Part shown: one piece after another, positions 38,816 through 46,402 of the stretch | How the letters are laid out: the number at the start of each line of letters is the position of its first letter | Numbering within the stretch: the stretch's first letter is position 1 | Assembly (NCBI GenBank): GCA_031362565.1 | Contig: JANLSU010000118.1 | Location: 1-46,402 of the forward strand | Origin: a bacterium | Lineage (GTDB): Bacteria; Krumholzibacteriota; Krumholzibacteriia; G020349025 | Length of the DNA stretch: 46,402 nucleotides | Direction of reading: 5' to 3' | Program-made: the position numbers and the translations under genes | Notes under the pieces: generated by a model | Told to the model about the DNA's origin: nothing | Seen by the model: only the letters and a program-made list of their open reading frames with translations | Database searches by the model: none

Positions 38816-40891
38816 ATGACCGACATCAGTCGTCGACGTTTCCTAGCCATGGCCACTGCAATCGGCGCTTCCGTGGCCTGGGGTGGTGTGCGGCTCGTGT
38901 CGGCGCGCGCCGCATGGCGCGAGCGCCGCGATTTGTACCCCGAAGGCGTCGCCTCGGGGGATCCGCAGGCCGACAGCGTCATCCTGTGGACGAGGCGCCC
39001 GTTCGGTGACGGGGCAACGACAGCGCGGCTCGTCGTCGAAGTCGCGACCGACCCGAAGTTCGACCATATCATCGCCTCGGCGCCCGCCGTCGTGTCTGCG
39101 GCGTCGGACTGGACTTGCCGCGTGCTCGTGGGTCGCCTGAAACCGCGCCGCGAGTACTGGTACCGCTTCACGGATGAGACCGGGGCCGGCAGTCGCGTCG
39201 GTCGCACCGTCACCGCGCCGGCGGTCGACGACGACGGCCCGGTCCGGTTTGCCTTCGTCAGCTGTCAGAACGTCAACCAGGGCGCGCAGAACGCCTATCG
39301 ACGGATGATCTACGAGGACGAGCGCGCGCCCGAGGCCGATCGCCTGGGGTTCGTTCTCCATCTGGGTGACTTCATCTACGAGATGGTGTGGTATCCCGAG
39401 GACCGCCCACAGGGCATGTACGACCGGCACTTGATCGACATCGTGCGCTACCCGACCGGCGAGAAGATCTCGGACTACCATATTCCCGTGACGTTGGACG
39501 ATTACCGCGCCGTCTACCGTGCCTATCTGCACGATCCCGACTTGCAGGACGCGCGCGCCCGCTTCCCATTTGTTCCGATGTGGGACAACCACGAGTACTC
39601 GTGGCTCGGACGGCAATCGCTGCAGACGTTCAACGGCAAGACGCGCCCGGCTCAGACGCGCAAGGTCGCAGCCAACCAAGCGTGGTTCGAGTATCAACCG
39701 GCCCGGATCAAGAAGCCGAGCGGCCCCTCTCTCGAGCGCTTCGACGGGCCGAAGGTCGTGGACGCACCGATCGAACACTTCGATGAGCAAGGACTGGGAG
39801 ACGAGCCGAACAACCGCGCCGCCATCGGGAGCCTGACGGCCTACCGAGCGCTCCGTTGGGGTCGCAACATGGAACTTCTCATCACCGACCAACGCAGCTA
39901 TCGTTCGGAGGATCCCACCAGCCGGGACGAATCGGATCCGTTCGGGAGCGCCGATTTTCCGAATCTCGTGCCGCAAGAAGTGATGGAAATCCTCGATGCG
40001 GGCCGCGCCTATGCCGGCGGCGCGCCGCCTGAGACGATTCGCTACGGTGGAACGGACGTACCAAATTTCCGCCGCGCCGAACCGCCACAAACAATTCTTG
40101 GCGCCGAACAGAAGCGCTGGTTCCTCGAACGACTCCGCACGTCGAAGGCGACATGGAAGATCTGGGGCAGCACGACCGGCACGCTCGATTGGCGAGTCGA
40201 TCCGCAGAACCTTCCCGCAGAACTCGGCAAGCCGTGGCCCGGGGCCGGCTACGCATCCTTCGGTGGTGGCGACTGGAGCACCGCCTATTTCGAGCGCGCC
40301 GAGATCTACGACCTCGTGCGCGACCAGGGCATCACGGGTTTCGCGACCGTGTGCGGCGACCGGCATAGCTTCTGGGCGGGACTGGCAGCGAAGGCGTTGC
40401 CGCCGAGTGCGTTCGAACCCGTGGGCGTCGCTTTCATCACCGGCTCGATCTCAGCGCCCGGCACGGTCGAAGCGAACGAGCACCGGTTTCCCAAGGACCA
40501 TCCGCTGCGCGCGCTGTATGTCACCGACCGCCCCGGAGAGAGCAAGCCGCAGCCCGCTGTCAATCTGCTTGGGCATCACGGCGTGCGCTCGTGCCTCGAG
40601 TATCAGAAGACGGGCGACATCGAAGCCGCCCGGCGCCAGTCGAATCCGGACCTGGCGCCGCACCTGTCGTTTCTCGACATGGGCGGCCACGGTTACGCCA
40701 CGGTGCGGATCACGCGCGACGCGATCGAAACCGAGTTCGTATGCATTCCGCGGCCGGTGGAACGCAGCTCGCAGGAGGACGGCGGTCCACTCGTCTATCG
40801 AATCGCGCATCGCGCGGCGCTCTGGAGCAAAGGGGAGCGGCCGAAGTTGGAGCAGCGGCTCATCGAGGGAAACCCGACGCTGTCGCTGTAG
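38816..40891 (+). CDS. phoD: Alkaline phosphatase D family protein, Tat-exported
   Basis: SRRRFL Tat motif, GVASGDP, FVSCQ, HLGDFIYE, WDNHE, GDRHSF. Confidence 0.93.
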   Translation: MTDISRRRFLAMATAIGASVAWGGVRLVSARAAWRERRDLYPEGVASGDPQADSVILWTRRPFGDGATTARLVVEVATDPKFDHIIASAPAVVSAASDWTCRVLVGRLKPRREYWYRFTDETGAGSRVGRTVTAPAVDDDGPVRFAFVSCQNVNQGAQNAYRRMIYEDERAPEADRLGFVLHLGDFIYEMVWYPEDRPQGMYDRHLIDIVRYPTGEKISDYHIPVTLDDYRAVYRAYLHDPDLQDARARFPFVPMWDNHEYSWLGRQSLQTFNGKTRPAQTRKVAANQAWFEYQPARIKKPSGPSLERFDGPKVVDAPIEHFDEQGLGDEPNNRAAIGSLTAYRALRWGRNMELLITDQRSYRSEDPTSRDESDPFGSADFPNLVPQEVMEILDAGRAYAGGAPPETIRYGGTDVPNFRRAEPPQTILGAEQKRWFLERLRTSKATWKIWGSTTGTLDWRVDPQNLPAELGKPWPGAGYASFGGGDWSTAYFERAEIYDLVRDQGITGFATVCGDRHSFWAGLAAKALPPSAFEPVGVAFITGSISAPGTVEANEHRFPKDHPLRALYVTDRPGESKPQPAVNLLGHHGVRSCLEYQKTGDIEAARRQSNPDLAPHLSFLDMGGHGYATVRITRDAIETEFVCIPRPVERSSQEDGGPLVYRIAHRAALWSKGERPKLEQRLIEGNPTLSL
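40831..40891 (+). repeat. 61-bp direct repeat, copy 1 (3' end of phoD)
   Basis: 53 of 61 bases identical to 42050-42110. Confidence 0.9.
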
Positions 40892-40917
40892 TGGCGGCCG
40901 GCGCGGCCGGCCGGTCG

Positions 40918-41955
40918 TTACTGCGCGGCCGTCAACCTACGAATCATCTCCCTGGCAGTGGCGCTGAGTGGGTTGATGGCGGCTGCGCGGCGATAGGTGG
41001 CCAAAGCCTGAACCCCGTCGCCCGAGAGAGCTTGGGCTTCGGCCAAGTACCGCACGGCCCTTGATGAGGTCGGATTGGCCTCCGCATTCAGAGCCAATAT
41101 CTTCAGTGCATCCGGGAGGCGGCCGCGCGCTTCGAGTACGTGGCCAAGGACATTGAGCTGCTCGGGATCGAAGTCGAACGCGTTCGGCTCGTTTGCTTTG
41201 AGCGTCCGATACTGCGCGATGGCCGCGGCTACACCATGACGTTCAAGTGTTTGAGTCACCGGATCCACCACACCGGGCGGCTGACCATTGCTGATCGTAC
41301 GGCCGAGGTCGCCGAGCGTCCGGTCGAGATAGCCCTCCTGCCGCGCGTCAAGCTCCAAGTAGACTTCTACGTCGTCGGAGAGCAAGTTGGTAGCCGGGTT
41401 GAAATCCGGATTGAATTTGTTGGTGCCGGCAATGCCGAAGTCCGCACGGCTGAGGTGCAAGTTCGCCTCCAGCTCGATGCCGTGTCCACCGGCGGTGCCG
41501 ACTTGTGGCAACGGAGTGACGCGCCCTAAAAAGGTGATTCGTCGTGTTACGCCGTGCATCGTCAACGGGCCTGAGACCGTGAGGCCACCTGGCCCGGCAA
41601 CCACGCTGTCACTCTGAAACTCGATCGTTGGGAATCGGTCCGTATCGAAGAAATCGGCGCTTCGCAAGTGATTGTCGCGGAACTCCATGTCGGTGCTGAT
41701 GCTCTTGGCCGCGATGATGGCCGTGACCGAGAAGTTCTCGGCGTGCTGCCCGTCGTACGTGCACGCGACGTCCCACTCGAGAAATCGACCCCGCACTTTG
41801 CCCGCGCCCAGAATGAGCGACGTGAATCCAATGGTGGAGTGCTGCCGATCGGCCTGGAACTGCTGGCTCACCAGCATCGCAGGCGATTCTGCAACCACGG
41901 TCGCAGGCCAACCAACCAGCATCATCAAGAAGGCCACATCGGGCCGACGGATCAT
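40918..41955 (-). CDS. YceI family protein with C-terminal TPR region
   Basis: DRQHSTIGF, VRGRF, RDNHLRSADFFD, GPLTMHGVT, SRADFGI; C-terminal TPR-like helices (LNVLGH..). Confidence 0.9.
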   Translation of the reverse strand: MIRRPDVAFLMMLVGWPATVVAESPAMLVSQQFQADRQHSTIGFTSLILGAGKVRGRFLEWDVACTYDGQHAENFSVTAIIAAKSISTDMEFRDNHLRSADFFDTDRFPTIEFQSDSVVAGPGGLTVSGPLTMHGVTRRITFLGRVTPLPQVGTAGGHGIELEANLHLSRADFGIAGTNKFNPDFNPATNLLSDDVEVYLELDARQEGYLDRTLGDLGRTISNGQPPGVVDPVTQTLERHGVAAAIAQYRTLKANEPNAFDFDPEQLNVLGHVLEARGRLPDALKILALNAEANPTSSRAVRYLAEAQALSGDGVQALATYRRAAAINPLSATAREMIRRLTAAQ

Positions 41956-42049
41956 GAGCGCCTCCCTTCGTCTTCTCCGCGGTCTAGACCGGTATCCGGC
42001 CCAGCCGGGGGGACAGGATAACGCAAGCGAGGGGCTGGCGTCGCGGCAG

Positions 42050-42110
42050 AGGGGAGCGGCCGAAGTTGGAGCAGCGTCTCATCGAAGGGAATCCCAAGCT
42101 GTCGCTATAA
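42050..42110 (+). repeat. 61-bp direct repeat, copy 2 (orphan phoD 3' end)
   Basis: Translates GERPKLEQRLIEGNPKLSL* versus phoD GERPKLEQRLIEGNPTLSL*. Confidence 0.9.
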
Positions 42111-42233
42111 GGGTACGGGATTCCGCCAGGGAATACCGAACACCGCGAACGGCTGTTTTTAGGTATGCTGCGCAGGCAGCGACCAATGGCGTACCGTGCC
42201 CGTGATCACGAAGCGGGTGCTATGGAGGATGAA

Positions 42234-42928
42234 ATGAAGCGCACGTTGACCAGGGTGATTTGGCCGTTCGCGATCGTGGCCGCCGGCTGGGATCGGACGA
42301 TCCGACTGTAGTGCAAGTACCTACCGCGCCCAGGAGCGGTCTCGTCGCGGAGTACACGTTCAGCGGCAACCCCGAGGACAGCAGTGGCAATGCCAATCAC
42401 GGCGTGCTCTCGGGCGGGACGTCGCTGGCGGTGGACCGGTTCGGCACCCCCAACGCCGCCTACTTGCTGGATGGCGTCGACGACGAGATCACGACAGCGG
42501 CCGACAACTTTGCCGCAGTGAACAGAATTTCCGTTTCTGTGTGGTTCAAGGTCCCCAACACAACGACCGGCTTGAGGTTTTTCGCCATGTGCAGCGATTT
42601 CGGCCTGTGGACGAACAACGCCAACGCCGGAATCGCGATCTCGGTTCCATCCACGAACAGTGCCCAGGCCGCATTCACGACAGCCGACGTGTGGCATCAC
42701 ATGCTTGGGACGTACGACGGGTCCGACATTCGTTGCTATCTGGACGGCACGCTGGTCCAGACCGTGAATCCCCCGGGCGCCATCAGCGACCCGAACCGCC
42801 CACTCATATTTGGTGTATTCGCCGGCCACTGGAGCGGCGTGCTGGACGACGTGCGAATTTACAATCGTGTGATCTCGGCCTCCGACGAAGTCTCGGCACT
42901 GTATCACGAGCGCGGGTACGCACAATGA
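42234..42928 (+). pseudogene. LamG-like jellyroll lipoprotein with a 1-base frameshift near 42289
   Basis: GGAGG and ATG 42234 give MKRTLTRVIWPFAIVAAG; the LamG frame (GLVAEYTFSGN..DRFG..WHH..LDDVRIYNRV) resumes at 42290. Confidence 0.75.
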
Positions 42929-43081
42929 GCGTACCGCATGCGTGCCGCTGGTCGGAGTGTGGGGCCGCGAGCCGGGCACGCAGGAAGTCGGCATTTGCGC
43001 TAGAATCAAAACCGGTGCCGGGGTAGTCCGGCGCCCGCCTCATCTGCAACTCGACGGCACCAACGGCCTAGGACAGACGAC

Positions 43082-45751
43082 ATGCGGTCGCATGCTCGAA
43101 GTCTTCTGCTCTGCTCTTCGTTGTTCGTCGCATGGGTGCACCCCGCCTCAGCGGAACCGCTGCTCCAGGCCCCTTACATCTCGTTCAGTTTGGGGACTGG
43201 CGGATCGCGCGCGGGCCTCGCCGATCTCAACGCGGACGGCATGCCGGACATCGTCGCCACGAACAATGATTCGAGCACCATCTCCGTGCGGTTGGGCCTA
43301 GGCTCGGCGGTGTTCGGTGTGCGGCGTGTCTTCCCGGCTGGGTCCGAGCCCCTTGCTCTCGCACTCGCCGATGTCAATGGCGATGGGGCGATCGACGCGA
43401 TCACGACGCTTCACCCGCCGGGTGTCGCCGTCATGCTCGGCGACGGCGACGGTGGTTTCGGGTCTCCGGAGACTTTCCCGACTGCCGGCTACGTCCCGCC
43501 CGTGGTAAGGGTTGGGGATTGGAGCGGGGACGGTCACCCCGATCTTGCCGTAGCCTGCCGGAGCGCAATCACGCTTCTTCACGGTGATGGCACGGGCCAG
43601 TTCGATGGGCGCATCGATCTCCCTCGCAACGCGAACACTCTCGGCCTGCAGGATCTCAACGAAGACGGTCGGGCAGATCTCGTGGCGAACGATTCGACCG
43701 TCGTGCACGTCCTGCTTTCCAACGGCAATGGTACGTTCGAGAACGCCCCCGATGTCAGCCTGCCGAGCGAACCCATCGCGATCGAGTTCGCGGACCTCGA
43801 TAGCGACGGCCACATCGACGTCGGATTCGCGTGTAGTGACTCCGGCGTCGTTTCGCTGTTCCATGGTGGGGGAGACGGCTCTTTCGGTGCCCGCCGCGAT
43901 GTGCGGTTCGGCCCCTATCCTGGCGAGTTGACCTTCGGGGACATGAACGGCGATCGTGTTCTCGATCTGGTCGTTAGCAGCTTCGTCACCTCCACAGTGG
44001 CCGTGGCGCTGGGACGTGGCGATGGCTCCTTCGCCGAGCCCGTCGAGTACCGCACGAACGACCTACCCGTCTCCGTCATGGCCGCCGATCTGAATGCCGA
44101 CGGCAGACTGGATCTCGCCACCACGACGATGTATACGGTTGGCGTCGCGGTGCTGCTTCAGAACGCCGATCATTCCTTTGCATCGAGACTCACAACCTTT
44201 GAAACCCCACCAGCGACCGGCGAGCTGATGGGACGGGATATCGACGCCGATGGCACGCTCGATCTGGCTCTGATCTCGTTCGATAGCGTCTCGCTGCTCT
44301 GGGGGCACGGCGACGGGAGCTTCGCACCACCCGTCAATTACCAACTCCCGAGTGCCACCGACCTGGAGCTTGCCGATCTGAATGGCGATGCGCTTCCGGA
44401 TCTCGTGGTGACGAGACGCTTGGCAAACGTTGTTTCGGTCCTGCTGCAACAGGCCGGCGGCGTCTTCGGCCCGCCGACAGATTACTTGGTCGGTCGAGAA
44501 CCGGCCCAAGTCGCGATTGGGGATGTGAATTCCGACAGCCGGCTGGACCTGGTCGTCGCGAACCGCCTGTCGCCATTTTCGATCCTTCTGGGCAACGGCG
44601 ATGGCAGCTTCGCTGCCAAGGTCGATCGAGGCCGTGCGGCAGACACCGTGACGCTTGCCGACCTGAACTCCGACGGCAAACTCGATCTGGTCTATAACGG
44701 TTATCCCGATCTTCTTTTCGTTCGGCTCGGACTCGGGGGCGCTTTCTTCGGGATCGAATACAGCTATCCCGCCGGTCCAGGAGCGACCCGACTTCTCGTC
44801 GCGGACGTGAACCGAGACAACCGGCCGGACGCGGTGACCAACAGCCGGGGGAATCTTGTTTCGGCGCGTATGGGAAATGGTGATGGGACGTTCGGGGAGC
44901 GGCTCGATTTCGAAGTCGGATCTGAACCCGTTGACATCGCGCTTGCGGATCTCGATCTGGATGGACGGCTCGACCTCGCCTCCGCCTGCTACACTGCCAA
45001 GGTCGTCACCATCCTCATGGGACGGGACCAAGTCATCTTTGGAAACCGTCTCGACTATGGGATGGGTGGAACGCCGGTCTCGATCGCGATTGGCGCCTTC
45101 GATGCCAACGCCAGCCCCGATATCGCCGCATCGAACGCCTTCAGAACTGCGGGCACGCTGCTCTCAAATCAGGATCGTCGGACCCCCATCGCGGTCTCGG
45201 ATCTGCGAGCTGAGAGGTTGGACGGTGGGGTTCGAGTCTCGTGGAGGCTCGCGCCGGAAATGTTGGCGCGGATTGGGGATTTGAGACTCGAGCGCAGCCA
45301 TGCTCCGAACGGACCGTACATCGACTGTGGCATGCGCCTTCCGCTCGGACCTGTGATGATCTATGACGACATCGACGCGCCCGTGAACGCCGAATCCCGG
45401 TACCGGTTGGTGTGGTCGGAGGGTGACGGAAGCGAGCATTTCGCAGGTCCGATCGGCATCGAACCGGGCGTCGCGCGGGGCTTGGAGATCGAGGTACGTT
45501 CGGGGCCTGACGGTCGAGTGGACATTCGATACGGGATCCCGCGAGCATCGTCCGACGTCCGCCTCGCTCTTCTCGATGTCCGCGGTCGGCAGGTGCGGAT
45601 GCTGGATCGCGGCGCTCGCAGCTCGGGATCTCATCGCTGCGGCTGGGATCGGCGTAACAACGCCGGCAGTACCGTAGCGCGCGGCGTCTACTGGGTTCAG
45701 CTTCGAGCCGACGGACGCCAGGTAACGAGGAAACTGATCGTCGCTCGATGA
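43082..45751 (+). CDS. FG-GAP/VCBS repeat protein with C-terminal FlgD-like Ig domain
   Basis: Signal peptide, many (A/G)DxNxDGxxDL repeats with GxGDGxF, DVRGRQVR..WD..GVYW. Confidence 0.9.
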   Translation: MRSHARSLLLCSSLFVAWVHPASAEPLLQAPYISFSLGTGGSRAGLADLNADGMPDIVATNNDSSTISVRLGLGSAVFGVRRVFPAGSEPLALALADVNGDGAIDAITTLHPPGVAVMLGDGDGGFGSPETFPTAGYVPPVVRVGDWSGDGHPDLAVACRSAITLLHGDGTGQFDGRIDLPRNANTLGLQDLNEDGRADLVANDSTVVHVLLSNGNGTFENAPDVSLPSEPIAIEFADLDSDGHIDVGFACSDSGVVSLFHGGGDGSFGARRDVRFGPYPGELTFGDMNGDRVLDLVVSSFVTSTVAVALGRGDGSFAEPVEYRTNDLPVSVMAADLNADGRLDLATTTMYTVGVAVLLQNADHSFASRLTTFETPPATGELMGRDIDADGTLDLALISFDSVSLLWGHGDGSFAPPVNYQLPSATDLELADLNGDALPDLVVTRRLANVVSVLLQQAGGVFGPPTDYLVGREPAQVAIGDVNSDSRLDLVVANRLSPFSILLGNGDGSFAAKVDRGRAADTVTLADLNSDGKLDLVYNGYPDLLFVRLGLGGAFFGIEYSYPAGPGATRLLVADVNRDNRPDAVTNSRGNLVSARMGNGDGTFGERLDFEVGSEPVDIALADLDLDGRLDLASACYTAKVVTILMGRDQVIFGNRLDYGMGGTPVSIAIGAFDANASPDIAASNAFRTAGTLLSNQDRRTPIAVSDLRAERLDGGVRVSWRLAPEMLARIGDLRLERSHAPNGPYIDCGMRLPLGPVMIYDDIDAPVNAESRYRLVWSEGDGSEHFAGPIGIEPGVARGLEIEVRSGPDGRVDIRYGIPRASSDVRLALLDVRGRQVRMLDRGARSSGSHRCGWDRRNNAGSTVARGVYWVQLRADGRQVTRKLIVAR

Positions 45752-45794
45752 GGGAACGCCGGCGACCGCGGCGCAGCAGCATGGAGGAAGCGGT

Positions 45795-46260
45795 ATGAAT
45801 CAGTCTCCGAAACCGCCGGCCGGCCTGGAAGGAAAGCGCGCAGCTGCGTCTCGCCGCGGGTGCCCGAGGCTCGCACTCTTCATCGTCATCGCCTCGACCA
45901 GCGCGGTTTGGACCACTTGGACCGCGACCGCGCTCGCTGAGCCGGCCCGGGAGCGACTTCGGCCCGGCACGGATTTCCGGCGCCCGAGCGTCGAGCAGTT
46001 TCTCGCCCCGGATGGACGCTTCGACCTGCAGGCCGCGCGCCGATCGGGATATCATGGCGGGCTCGATCTTGGCGGCTTCACCGGTCACATTGACGGCCGC
46101 GGCGGCGGTCTGGCGTTCATTGCGTCGGACGAGCACCCGAGCGCTGCCACGCATCCAAACCCGGTCTCCTCGCCCGACGATTTCAAATGGAACGCGACCT
46201 TCGGTCGGCCGGGGTTCGATGACCGGGTGACGGCGGTCGCGGTGTTCGATACCAGCCTAG
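45795..46260 (+). pseudogene. N-terminus of a secreted protein, probably truncated by an IS
   Basis: GGAGG RBS, signal peptide; reaches what looks like a first propeller strand (PGFDDRVTAVAVFDTSL) and stops a few codons after CTAG. Confidence 0.6.
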
Positions 46261-46402
46261 TCCCTGAACAAGCGTGATTCGCGGGCGCAAATAGTAGAAA
46301 GAACTCGAAATGCCCTGTCTGAGGGGATATGAAGGAGGTAGCAAACAACCCCACATCTCCATCAGGAGGGCATTTCAAGTGAAGAGAGAAAACCACAGGC
46401 GG
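46261..46402 (+). mobile_element. Probable left end of another IS1380-like element
   Basis: Starts after CTAG (46257-46260); lower GC; inverted repeat ACTCGAAATGCCCT / AGGGCATTTCAAGT overlapping GGAGG and GTG 46379, same layout as the IS at 31714. Confidence 0.55.

Noticed and set aside
38843..40366. 507-aa minus-strand ORF and similar long antisense ORFs in the RND and ATPase genes
   Set aside because: Shadow ORFs opposite well-supported genes
43200..45130. Repetitive DNA as a CRISPR or tandem array
   Set aside because: Repeats are degenerate protein-level FG-GAP units, not identical nucleotide repeats with spacers

Overview
GC-rich bacterial window. C-terminal FlgD-like Ig domains and a TW-x3-(K/R)-x2-YR tail suggest an FCB-related candidate lineage such as Eisenbacteria or Latescibacterota (inference). 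Left end: the tail of a DDE transposase with its right IS end, then a minus-strand PQQ-like beta-propeller frame. That frame is broken by an in-frame TGA followed 11 nt later by a SECIS-like hairpin (candidate selenoprotein), and further on by a TAG. About 1.9-28.8 kb is a co-oriented heavy-metal island: three RND efflux systems (two CusA/CzcA-family, one CusCBA), a P-II-like protein, metal-binding accessory proteins, a P2-type ATPase and CopA. No transcription regulator was recognised, but two operons have His-rich leader ORFs, one ending in an RGPP arrest-like motif. The right part holds a putative copper radical oxidase, an intact IS1380 with IRs and CTAA duplication, gene remnants, a Fic protein, two secreted proteins sharing a putative sorting tail, and phoD, whose last 61 bp recur in synonymous-variant form beyond a yceI-TPR gene. 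It ends with a frameshifted LamG lipoprotein, an FG-GAP protein and a gene cut by a third IS. No tRNA, rRNA or CRISPR array was seen.
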